This document shows, piece after piece, positions 1 to 9,092 of a stretch of 64,000 bases of DNA. Position 1 is the first letter of the stretch, and each line of letters begins with the position of its first letter. Under the pieces are notes generated by a model, which had not been told where the DNA came from, searched no databases, and worked only from the letters and a program-made list of their open reading frames with translations. Origin of the DNA: Bdellovibrionota bacterium. Lineage in GTDB: Bacteria; Bdellovibrionota_C; UBA2361; CALJRW01. The stretch spans positions 1 to 64,000 of the forward strand of contig JBGSMD010000015.1 in assembly GCA_041740355.1 (NCBI GenBank), read 5' to 3'. The translations under genes were made by a program, and so were the position numbers.

Positions 1-146
1 GTGTAACCGTTGGAGTCACTGTCGGTGTAACCGTTGGAGTCACTGTCGGTGTAACCGTTGGAGTCACTGTCGGTGTAACCGTTGGAGTCACTGTCGGTGT
101 AACCGTTGGAGTCACTGTTGGTGTAACCGTTGGAGTCGGAGTCGGA
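1..146. repeat. 24-bp coding tandem repeat (gtgtaaccgttggagtcactgtcg), at least 5.5 copies, encoding PTVTPTVT on the minus strand
   Basis: Directly visible near-perfect tandem copies with no spacers. Confidence 0.95.
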
Positions 147-715
147 AAGACAACACCACAAGTACAAAAACAAGCATCATCTAAAACTTCACCAGTATAA
201 TTTGCTGGTAAACTTTCTTTAGATGATAGAGGATAACGAACTCTGATTTGGTTACAATGAACCCCGTTGGCATTAATATCAAGACTGGTAATTACCTTGG
301 CAACTTGAATAGTCCAAGTTTCTCCAGGAGAAAGAAGCCCATCCCCATTATCACCAAAATATGAAAGATCAGCATTTACTTGCCCATTTAAGACATTTGG
401 AATGGCACTAGGAAGTGCAACCTTATTATCAGAAACAATTATTTTGCTCGCTGGAACAGCCGCATCTCCATCGTTGCTTATTTCATAGCTAAAAACGGCT
501 CGAGAATTTAATGGAATAGAAAAATTACTATTAGTTGATGTCGCGCAATTGGTACTTGCATTTACAGCTTTACGCTCTTGAAGATCCGCACCAGGGCACA
601 AAGCTTGTGCGAAAGTATTTTGAATGCTGATAAATAAAGATAATAATAAGGTCAAGCCAAAAAACAATGTCTTATTACTATTCATTTTTATCTTCATTCG
701 AAACTTTCTGCTCAT
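1..715 (-). CDS. Secreted Cys-containing DUF11-like Ig-domain protein with PTVT low-complexity linker; 3' end runs out of the window
   Basis: Not in the ORF track. Read manually from ATG 715 (ATGA overlap with the upstream stop at 712-714; alternative ATGs 697 and 685): MSRKFRMKIKMNSNKTLFFGLTLLLSLFISIQNTFAQ signal peptide, then FSYEISNDG...GDGLLSPGETWT, then (PTVT)n to the window edge. Confidence 0.85.
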   Translation of the reverse strand, partial: MSRKFRMKIKMNSNKTLFFGLTLLLSLFISIQNTFAQALCPGADLQERKAVNASTNCATSTNSNFSIPLNSRAVFSYEISNDGDAAVPASKIIVSDNKVALPSAIPNVLNGQVNADLSYFGDNGDGLLSPGETWTIQVAKVITSLDINANGVHCNQIRVRYPLSSKESLPANYTGEVLDDACFCTCGVVFPTPTPTVTPTVTPTVTPTVTPTVTPTVTPTVTPTVTPTVTPTVTPTVT

Positions 716-3700
716 GGTTCAACAATCCTTTCGGCCGTCCAGTTGTAGGAAATGCTTTGATTTTTGAAATTATTTACACTATCTGCTAGCATTTTGCCAG
801 TTTTAATATCAATTTTTGCAGTGGATTGGGTAATTAAATCACCAGCCTTTACCATAAAATGTAGATAAAGATTGCCGTCATCCCCAATTTGCACTCCACC
901 CATTAGGGGATAGCTACTTAATCTTGTTAAAAATTCGCCATTGGGGGCAAGTATCTTTTCTTCAATAATTGACAATCCAGCAATACGATCTCCCTTTGTA
1001 AAAATTGAAAGATGCCCTTTATTACTTTTATCTTGCGCTGATTTCCATTCCCACAAACCTTTTACTTTCTTTAAGTCTTCCTTACTAGCTAATTTTCTAC
1101 TTCCAAGATTAAAGGGTTTATCACCCTCTTTATTATTAGAACTGGTTGATTTCACTAAATTTTCTTCGGCTATTTTGCTTAACCTAGAGATCTCACTCTG
1201 GGCATATCCTTCGTTAACATAACTTCCTGAGTACCAATCAACTGTGCGCCCGCTTAATACTTTACTATCAGTTTCTAAAGTAAAGCCATTAATAGAATAT
1301 AAATCTTTAAATTCATCTTCTAAATCAAAACTTACTTTTAGAGATTTCAAGCCGTGTTTAGTAGCATCCACCACTTCAGAAACCTCACTTATGGCATTGG
1401 AGTTATCATCAAACCATAAAGATATGTCTTTCAACTCAGAGCCCTTTAAAAATCCGTCTTTATTTAAATCTAAACTGGCTAAGGCTTCATAGCCGTTTTC
1501 CCAAGGAGTTTTCGATTTGCCTCTTCCTCCAAATGTATAATTACCAAATAACATGGAGCCATCTTTTATTTTACCCGATTTCTTAGGATCGTAAACAACG
1601 AGCGGTCGATTGCCATTTGCCTTCCAAATAACCCAATTAGAAGTATCTTTTGGATTAAGCGCAAACTGACGGGCAACATAGGGACTAGATATATCTTTAT
1701 CAATAATGAGTGAAATTGGAGATAATGCAGCAGAAAGATTAACTTCTCCACAGACGTCATATGTTGGATCAATACCCTGTTGATAACTATCAATTACATT
1801 ACAATTACCATCTAAATAGAAAGCACTGGTATAATTTTCATGGAGTGTACCATCAATTCCAATTTTTGATCCAATTAGATCCATTGCACTTTGACCGATT
1901 TGATCGCCATTCCTATTATGGAAACCATCATTTATAAAATTTGAAAATAGTCTAGTGCAAGTATTTGGATAGTTATTATAGCAGTCACCATCTTCTAGCG
2001 CTTTATTATAAGAAGCATTAGCCGAGCCAAACCGAGATGTCGGCAATCCATTAACAGTAGAATAGCTTGTATCGGTCAGATATCCGTATATATTAAAACC
2101 AGTAATTTCTTCTACCAATCTGTAATAATCGAGATCGTCTTCAAGATCCTGATATACTGTTTTTCCGAAAGTTGCGCCATAAAAAGTTTCAACGTGACCT
2201 GATACTGTCGGGTTAAATCTATCAGGAGCATCTTGCGTTTCAGTCTGATATAAATTGGCATTACTATTATAAGATCTGCCTACAATACTGGCCACACAGG
2301 AGTTTCGAGCTTGAATGTCTTTTTTCCATTCAACAAAATAAGGAAAATCAGAGCAACTAAAACCATTTATTCTACTATTTTCGTTTTGAGCACAAGTTTC
2401 TATTACTTCCCATTCTTTTCCACCGCTCGAAAAAGGTGTAGATTTGTAAAGATTTTCACGATAATCAATATCATTTTCATCTGAATTATATCCAGTTATA
2501 AACTTCCAATAACTTATCTCAATGTCATTAAATCTTAACCGCACATATTCGCACTGATCTAATCTGCAGTCTAAGCTGCACTTACCTGTTGTGTCTGCTG
2601 CAAAATCACATTCTTCAGTAGCATTAACAATCCCATCCCCACAATAAGTGCATTCTGTCTTTACCACTACATAATCACCTGATGGATCCTGCGGTTCGAT
2701 CCATTCGGACGCTCCGGGACGTCTGCAATTTAATGGGTTGAGATCGTCATGTGATAGTCCTAATGTCATTGGCCCTTTGATGGCTACATCACATGTTTCA
2801 CTGCCTTCAACCACACCATCCCCACAAAATGGACCTTCCGAGTTTACGCAGAAAGCTGCATAGTCCTTTGCAATCACAATTTTATTATCAGCTACTGTTA
2901 GTCCTTTAACTGTTGCATCATTTCGATGTGGGCCTGCGGGAACATAAAATTCTCCCGTCTCGTAAACCCAGGTTTCTCCTGGATCTAATTGATCATAGGG
3001 CTGGTCATCTCCATAGATTAAAGTTAAACTTGAAGGAGGACTACTCTCTTTTCTAGAAAGTCCTGCTACAACAGGATCGTCAATCTCCACATTCTTAACA
3101 GCGGGCATTCCTGTTGGCAAACTAACTTCATAAGTAAATCGCACCGTTTTATTGTTAGAAATATATGCATTGCTTGCGTTACAACTTGAAGTGTCTAACT
3201 TAACTTCGGTAGAACCTCCCAGATCTTCCTGGTAAACTAATTTAACAATTTTTATTCCCGCATTGACGCTATTACAATACGCTCCACTACAAAGTCCAAC
3301 TTTCTTAACAACTTTCAAATTTGGAATTCCCACTACGCAAAAAGAAGCCTTGTCACTTGATTCACTAATACTTCCATCTAACGATGTGCCTTCTACAATA
3401 ACAAGATTAGAATGACCACCAGTTGTTAATTTCCTATTCTTAACTTCATAAATCCATTTTTCATTAACCTCTAAAAAGAGATTATTATTAATATCTCCAA
3501 TATTATTGGTGCCTGTTCCAGTCACTGCAACTGGAGTTCCCAACTTATTATCACCTAGATTAACATACCTAACTGGATTTGGATTTCCATCCTTTAGCGT
3601 AACTTCAAATCTAAAATCTACCGACTCTTGTCTGGTAACATAAAAATCCGAAGTATTTTCCACGTTCGAACAATTGGTAATGTCATGGTTTCTCTGCGCA

Positions 3701-4512
3701 AAATCACCCACAATTGACTTAGCAACAAGCTTCTTAATCTCCACCTCGCCGCGACCAACAACACAAATGCCAACCGAACTAACGCCTTTAATTGTATTTC
3801 TATAAATATCTTGACCAAAAACTGTTGCCGTATTTAACAGTGCCCCTTGAGTGTTGGCATCATAAGTAAAGTCAGCAATGTCTATTTCACCATAATCTGC
3901 ACCAGATGGATAAACATAAGAGTCCCTAGCATTAATCGTAACTGGGGTTGGCAATGTAAATCCACCAGCACCAAAAATCAAACTATCTTCGATGCGGTTA
4001 ATAGTTATCGGTTCCGCGCTATCATTAAACACTTCAAAAGTATAAAGAACCTTAGAATTCTGGACGATCACTTTGTTATTATTTATGGCAGTCTCAATAT
4101 TACTTAAGTTACAGTCCTCACCATTAGTAATATTCGTATTAATATCATCATTAACATAGAGCGACCCTTCCACTTCAGCTCTTTTTACAACTCGTAATTC
4201 TGTAGTGTAAATTAATTTACAACCGGAATTTGGTGTATTATTTAGAATCTCATCATTAATTGAAGTACAACCACTCACATCCGAATTTGTGTTAGGCTCC
4301 GTCTCTGCACCTGTTCCATAATCACTTCCATCACACTGTTCTGTCGGATGATCCACTATCCCATTGCCACAACCGTAATTTGTAAATTCTGTAGTTACTG
4401 ACAAAGAATGAGAGGTGCCGTCCTCAGCTACGCAAAAAGAATTTACAACAAGGCTTAGTATTGCCCCTAATAGGAGATAACTTATCAATTTACTTTTAGT
4501 CAGCAATCTCAT
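712..4512 (-). CDS. Large secreted surface protein: Cys-rich CGDG repeats, DUF11-like Ig domains, C-terminal FrpC-like Ca-binding module
   Basis: Signal peptide; CGNG/CGDG..E.CD motifs; repeated K..V.F.YEV..LDPGETW..N.A.V..FCV domains; LFGNYT..NGYEALASLDLNKDG..LWFDDNSNAISE motifs. Confidence 0.85.
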   Translation of the reverse strand: MRLLTKSKLISYLLLGAILSLVVNSFCVAEDGTSHSLSVTTEFTNYGCGNGIVDHPTEQCDGSDYGTGAETEPNTNSDVSGCTSINDEILNNTPNSGCKLIYTTELRVVKRAEVEGSLYVNDDINTNITNGEDCNLSNIETAINNNKVIVQNSKVLYTFEVFNDSAEPITINRIEDSLIFGAGGFTLPTPVTINARDSYVYPSGADYGEIDIADFTYDANTQGALLNTATVFGQDIYRNTIKGVSSVGICVVGRGEVEIKKLVAKSIVGDFAQRNHDITNCSNVENTSDFYVTRQESVDFRFEVTLKDGNPNPVRYVNLGDNKLGTPVAVTGTGTNNIGDINNNLFLEVNEKWIYEVKNRKLTTGGHSNLVIVEGTSLDGSISESSDKASFCVVGIPNLKVVKKVGLCSGAYCNSVNAGIKIVKLVYQEDLGGSTEVKLDTSSCNASNAYISNNKTVRFTYEVSLPTGMPAVKNVEIDDPVVAGLSRKESSPPSSLTLIYGDDQPYDQLDPGETWVYETGEFYVPAGPHRNDATVKGLTVADNKIVIAKDYAAFCVNSEGPFCGDGVVEGSETCDVAIKGPMTLGLSHDDLNPLNCRRPGASEWIEPQDPSGDYVVVKTECTYCGDGIVNATEECDFAADTTGKCSLDCRLDQCEYVRLRFNDIEISYWKFITGYNSDENDIDYRENLYKSTPFSSGGKEWEVIETCAQNENSRINGFSCSDFPYFVEWKKDIQARNSCVASIVGRSYNSNANLYQTETQDAPDRFNPTVSGHVETFYGATFGKTVYQDLEDDLDYYRLVEEITGFNIYGYLTDTSYSTVNGLPTSRFGSANASYNKALEDGDCYNNYPNTCTRLFSNFINDGFHNRNGDQIGQSAMDLIGSKIGIDGTLHENYTSAFYLDGNCNVIDSYQQGIDPTYDVCGEVNLSAALSPISLIIDKDISSPYVARQFALNPKDTSNWVIWKANGNRPLVVYDPKKSGKIKDGSMLFGNYTFGGRGKSKTPWENGYEALASLDLNKDGFLKGSELKDISLWFDDNSNAISEVSEVVDATKHGLKSLKVSFDLEDEFKDLYSINGFTLETDSKVLSGRTVDWYSGSYVNEGYAQSEISRLSKIAEENLVKSTSSNNKEGDKPFNLGSRKLASKEDLKKVKGLWEWKSAQDKSNKGHLSIFTKGDRIAGLSIIEEKILAPNGEFLTRLSSYPLMGGVQIGDDGNLYLHFMVKAGDLITQSTAKIDIKTGKMLADSVNNFKNQSISYNWTAERIVEP

Positions 4513-4567
4513 CCAATTAATACCAAGTTAAACTTTTATCTATTAACATACCTTTTACGCTAATTTT

Positions 4568-7500
4568 TTAATTTCCCTTAATTACTACCTGCGCAGTACT
4601 AGAGTGTAGTCCATTATTTGCATAAGGACTAAATTTAAAACTATCTATTTTAAAATCAAACGATGCCCCAGCAGCCACAACTCGCGGTAAGGAATGTGGT
4701 GGTAAGGATAAATTTGGCCAGGCACTGCCGCCAGCAATTATTTGATCAATCACGTTTTCCAAAACTAATGGACCGGCTCCCACATTTTCAATCAAATATT
4801 CAACCTTACTGTTAGCTACTACACTTCCTCCAACAATTTCTAAGTCTGGATAATACTCTGCTAAATAAACATTATTTGTAGTGTTTTGCTCATCTTCCAG
4901 GACTGGCGCACCAAGCGATGGTAGTGCAAAAACTTTCCTGCTACTGCTAATCAATGCACCTGAACTAAAATTAAAGATAGACTTCGTAATTCTTACTCGC
5001 TCTACTAGGTCGTAAGTACAAGTAGCAGAACAAGAATCTACGTTTGCAGGCTTAGTTGTCTGTACACCTGCGGCTAAGTTAAAATCTGTGCCATCACAGG
5101 ATTCACCTGTAGTCATGTTGCCATCACCGCAATATGGATTAATTGTACAAGTTGCATTACATACTTGTCCTGCAAGCCCAGCTTGAACTCCAGCCGCTAA
5201 ACCAAAATCTGTACCATCACAAGATTCACCTGTAGTCATATTGCCATCACCGCAATATGGATTAATTGTACAACTTACATTACAGACTTGACCGGCAAGC
5301 CCAGCTTGTACGCCAGGAGCTAGACCAAAGTCTGTGCCGTCACAAACCTCTGTTCCAGTTCTGTTGCTATCTCCACAATATGGATTAATTGTACATGTGG
5401 TATTACAGACTTGCCCAGGTAAACCAGCTTGAACACCTGCCGCTAAACCAAAATCTGTTCCATCACAAAGCTCGGTGCCAGTTCTGTTGCTATCGCCGCA
5501 AAACGGATTAATTGTACAACTCGTATTACAGACTTGCCCAGGTAATCCAGCTTGAATACCAGCAGCTAGTCCAAAATCTGTTCCATCACAAAGCTCGGTG
5601 CCAGCTCGATCGCTATCTCCACAAAACGGATTAATATTACAACTCACATTACAGACTTGACCAGGTAAACCAGCTTGAATGCCAGGAGCTAAACCAAAAT
5701 CTGTTCCATCACAAAGCTCGGTTCCACTTCTGTTGTTATCCCCGCAAAACAGGATAATAGGAGTAAGCGTACAACTTGCACTACAGACCTCCCCAGGTAA
5801 ACCAGCTTGAATACCAGCCGCTAAACCAAAATCTGTTCCATCACAAAGCTCGGTTCCTGTTCTGTTACCATCGCCGCAAAACGGATTAATTGTACAACTC
5901 GTATTACAGACTTGCCCAGGTAATCCAGCTTGAATACCAGCAGCTAGTCCAAAATCTGTTCCATCACAAAGCTCGGTGCCAGTTCTGTTGCTATCTCCAC
6001 AAAATGGATTAATATTACAACTCACATTACAGACTTGACCAGGTAATCCAGCTTGGACGCCAGGAGCTAAACCAAAATCTGTTCCATCACAGGACTCTCC
6101 TGTAGTCATATTGCTATCACCGCAAAATGGATTAATCGTACAACTCGTATTACAAACTTGCCCTGCTAGTCCAGCTTGAACTCCTGCCGCTAAACCAAAA
6201 TCTGTTCCATCACAAAGCTCGGTTCCAGTTCTGTTGCTATCTCCACAAAACGGATTAATTGTACAACTCGTATTACAGACTTGCCCAGGTAATCCAGCTT
6301 GGACGCCAGCAGCTAGTCCAAAATCTGTTCCATCACAAAGCTCGGTGCCAGTTCTGTTGCTATCTCCGCAAAACGGATTAATTGTACAACTCGTATTACA
6401 AACTTGACCAGGTAAACCAGCTTGAACTCCAGCCGCTAAACCAAAATCTGTTCCATCACAGGACTCTCCTGTAGTCATATTGCTATCACCGCAAAATGGA
6501 TTAATTGTACAACTCGTATTACAAACTTGACCAGGTAATCCAGCTTGAACTCCAGCCGCTAAACCAAAATCTGTTCCATCACAAAGCTCGGTGCCAGTTC
6601 TGTTGCTATCTCCACAGTATGGATTGATTGTACATGTGGCATTACAGACTTGACCAGGTAAACCAGCTTGAACTCCTGCCGCTAAACCAAAATCTGTGCC
6701 ATCACAAAGCTCGGTGCCAGTTCTGTTGCTATCTCCACAATATGGATTAATCGTACAACTCGTATTACAAACTTGCCCTGCTAGTCCAGCTTGAATACCT
6801 CCAGCTAAACCAAAATCTGTACCATCGCAAAGCTCTTCGGCATTGCGATTTCCATCTCCACAACCCGTTACGCAAAAAGTTGCTACTGCTGACGCGGAAA
6901 CACCCAGAGTTGGTATGGCATTTAGATCATTAACAGTTGCCGTATTAGTATGAACACCTTGAGTGTAGCCTGTAGTCTGTGTAAACGTAAGTGCATTAAA
7001 CGGTGGATCGCTTGGATTTAAATCAAATGTTGAATTGCAACAAACAGGTCCAGGAAATCCACTGACTAAATCTTCAATTTTTAAGTCATAGAGCGGAGCA
7101 GTACCAGTATTTTCTACAGTATACCTAAATTCTACTGGAACACCTTCTCTGACATACTTATCTGTAGTTAAGGAACTAATTGCATTACAATCTTTAGTAG
7201 TTAGAATCTCTTGTTCTGTCCAACCTATCCCCGCCCAACGAAACTCTTTTTTAATCGAAACGCTGGCAGTAGTTAATTGACAATCAGCATTACATTTTGT
7301 GTGATTAGGATCAGTAATATCAGTGGCATCACAAGCCTCTGTACCATTTTTCTTATTATCACCACAAAAATCAATTTTACAGGTCGACAAATTACAAGAT
7401 GGGAACTTCTGAGCAGCTGTTGGATAACCAGCTAACGTATTATAATTATTAACTCCATCACACTCTTCACTTGCCCTGTTTGCCTTCAAATCACCACACC

Positions 7501-7948
7501 ATTCCGCCTGGCAAGTCGTTAAATTACATGAAGGATCAACTTGAGCTGGTGTCAGCGCCGGGTCAAAAATGCCAGAATCACAACTCTCTACAGGCTTATT
7601 CACCGTTCCATCTCCACAAGACGTACAGTCAAGTCGACAGCTACCTCCTGTAGCAATATCCGGTGGATCGCATGATTCTCCTAACGAAGGATCTGTTAGT
7701 AAATCTCCACAATAGGCACAAACCAAACATTCACAACTAAGGCAACCACAGACACTCGGATCATTGGTCAACGTTGGTTGAGTTCCATCAGGACAACTAG
7801 TTCTACTGGCCGCTGTTTCGGGGGATGCTTCAATCAGATTTAAAGGAGGTGTAGGACTAGGAGCCGCAAAGCTATATTCCGCGATGGAGATTTGAAAAAC
7901 CCCAAGCAATATAAAAGAAAAAACTGAGCACTTGATAAAGTTAAACAT
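4568..7948 (-). CDS. Large secreted Cys-rich repeat protein (Myxococcus Cys-rich/DUF4215-like) with two Ig-like domains
   Basis: Signal peptide; about 15 tandem 41-aa CGD..E.CDGTDFGLA..QAGL.GQVCN..C.INP units plus N-terminal CGD repeats. Confidence 0.9.
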   Translation of the reverse strand: MFNFIKCSVFSFILLGVFQISIAEYSFAAPSPTPPLNLIEASPETAASRTSCPDGTQPTLTNDPSVCGCLSCECLVCAYCGDLLTDPSLGESCDPPDIATGGSCRLDCTSCGDGTVNKPVESCDSGIFDPALTPAQVDPSCNLTTCQAEWCGDLKANRASEECDGVNNYNTLAGYPTAAQKFPSCNLSTCKIDFCGDNKKNGTEACDATDITDPNHTKCNADCQLTTASVSIKKEFRWAGIGWTEQEILTTKDCNAISSLTTDKYVREGVPVEFRYTVENTGTAPLYDLKIEDLVSGFPGPVCCNSTFDLNPSDPPFNALTFTQTTGYTQGVHTNTATVNDLNAIPTLGVSASAVATFCVTGCGDGNRNAEELCDGTDFGLAGGIQAGLAGQVCNTSCTINPYCGDSNRTGTELCDGTDFGLAAGVQAGLPGQVCNATCTINPYCGDSNRTGTELCDGTDFGLAAGVQAGLPGQVCNTSCTINPFCGDSNMTTGESCDGTDFGLAAGVQAGLPGQVCNTSCTINPFCGDSNRTGTELCDGTDFGLAAGVQAGLPGQVCNTSCTINPFCGDSNRTGTELCDGTDFGLAAGVQAGLAGQVCNTSCTINPFCGDSNMTTGESCDGTDFGLAPGVQAGLPGQVCNVSCNINPFCGDSNRTGTELCDGTDFGLAAGIQAGLPGQVCNTSCTINPFCGDGNRTGTELCDGTDFGLAAGIQAGLPGEVCSASCTLTPIILFCGDNNRSGTELCDGTDFGLAPGIQAGLPGQVCNVSCNINPFCGDSDRAGTELCDGTDFGLAAGIQAGLPGQVCNTSCTINPFCGDSNRTGTELCDGTDFGLAAGVQAGLPGQVCNTTCTINPYCGDSNRTGTEVCDGTDFGLAPGVQAGLAGQVCNVSCTINPYCGDGNMTTGESCDGTDFGLAAGVQAGLAGQVCNATCTINPYCGDGNMTTGESCDGTDFNLAAGVQTTKPANVDSCSATCTYDLVERVRITKSIFNFSSGALISSSRKVFALPSLGAPVLEDEQNTTNNVYLAEYYPDLEIVGGSVVANSKVEYLIENVGAGPLVLENVIDQIIAGGSAWPNLSLPPHSLPRVVAAGASFDFKIDSFKFSPYANNGLHSSTAQVVIKGN
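5012..6862. repeat. 123-bp coding tandem repeat, about 15 units
   Basis: Units counted in the translation; most differences between units are synonymous; one unit has a 3-codon insertion. Confidence 0.95.
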
Positions 7949-8204
7949 TCATACTTACATTACCACATAAGACTTTCCGTGAAAGATATTATTTTGATTC
8001 AAAATAAGCAGTAAGGTTGCAGCAAAGATTGTCGATTAGAAAGACTATTCGATAATTTATTCTTTAAATTAGCTTCACATCGTAAGGGAACTTGGATTTA
8101 TTATACTCAATTTAAGTAAAAAGTTGTCATCTTGCCCTTAAATTCCTTATTAATGTCTTGACGAAGCGAGATTGAAAATCATCGTTTTAATTCTAGTAGC
8201 CTAA

Positions 8205-8355
8205 TATAGTTATTCCAAAAAATAAATATCATATAGATAAAATAGAGCAACTTGTTTTTTATCATAACTATATGATTTTACTATCCCTTCGGAGGATAGA
8301 AAGTCACAGAAAGTAGTTTCCTGACAAAAATTATTTTTTGGATTTTCTGGATATA
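8205..8355. repeat. Degenerate copy of the 146-bp two-hairpin MITE-like element
   Basis: tatagttat...tttttatcataactatatgatttta...ggatag..agtcacagaaagtagtttcc; matches the copies at 13440 and 18955. Confidence 0.7.
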
Positions 8356-8472
8356 CTCACTGCTATTCATCTTTAAAAAAAATGAATAGAAAGGAGCACA
8401 TGCAAAATCCTTTCGCAGACAGGTTTTGGCGTAGAAAACAGAACCACACCCTACGCAAAACAGCAGTGAGTA
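8354..8472. repeat. 119-bp TA-bounded element with 11-bp terminal inverted repeat and three internal hairpins
   Basis: tactcactgct/agcagtgagta; ctattcat/atgaatag; gaaagga/tcctttc; gttttggcgtag/ctacgcaaaac. Confidence 0.6.
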
Positions 8473-8490
8473 GAATTTTTGTCTTCTAAT

Positions 8491-8548
8491 GCCTAAGTTG
8501 GCTTCAGGCTTCGCCAATGCTACATCTGATAAATAGCCAAGATTAGGC
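8491..8548. repeat. REP-like palindrome (GCCGAAGCTTTAGCGAAGG family, degenerate)
   Basis: Reverse complement reads cttggctatttatcagatgtagcattggcgaagcctgaagccaac, similar to 8666-8729. Confidence 0.5.
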
Positions 8549-8580
8549 TCACCCTCCGCAAATTTCATCTGCAGAGGGAT

Positions 8581-8826
8581 TATAGAGAGTCCAAAAGATA
8601 AATTACTTTAAAATACTAACGATTTTGCTTGGACTCACTATTTATGTTGTTTTTAGCTATGCAAACTTGGATACTTGTCCGCCGAAGCTTTCTTGTCCGC
8701 CGTAGCTTTAGCGAAGGTGGGAATCCAAGATTTGCATTAGCCGTAATGACTCTGTTCAATTTACTAACCAGCCTTCGCTGAAGCTTCGGCTAGGCAGGCA
8801 GTAAATTATTTCTTGTCATTACTATA
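8581..8826. repeat. Family-B two-hairpin MITE-like element carrying nested REP-like inserts
   Basis: tatag...actata ends; near-identical inverted copy at 35796-35994. Confidence 0.85.
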
Positions 8827-9092
8827 TAATTGGTAACTTATTCTAAAACCGGTAAATTTCAATAATTTTGAATTATTGATAGAAGCAGATACAAATTATA
8901 AATATCTGCTATCGGGTATTTTCTTCTTAGCGAATTTTATAATATTAACCTAAACCTAACGCTGATTCCTAAGGGGAAAATTTGAGGCTAAACTTAGCTA
9001 TGAATAGCTATCCTTATTCCTCTATTTATCAATCAAAAAATGTATTTGAGATTTCATGCCAGCAAGTTTAGCTAAGAATAGATTATCAACTG

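Noticed and set aside
1-146. 24-bp repeats as a CRISPR array
   Set aside because: No spacers; in-frame PTVT coding repeat
941-4107. Short antisense or out-of-frame ORFs inside the surface protein gene (and similar ones at 15780, 33416, 35013, 48679, 49438)
   Set aside because: Fully nested in well-supported genes, with no motifs
5012-6862. 123-bp repeats as CRISPR or DGR template/variable repeats
   Set aside because: Contiguous coding units with mostly synonymous variation, no obvious adenine-specific pattern, and no reverse transcriptase in the window
8354-8472. Cloverleaf as a tRNA
   Set aside because: Too long, with no TTC T-loop, D-loop GG or 7-nt anticodon loop
8281-8568. 95-aa minus-strand ORF
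   Set aside because: Lies across non-coding palindromic repeats; LSDVALAKPE is the translation of the REP-like palindrome
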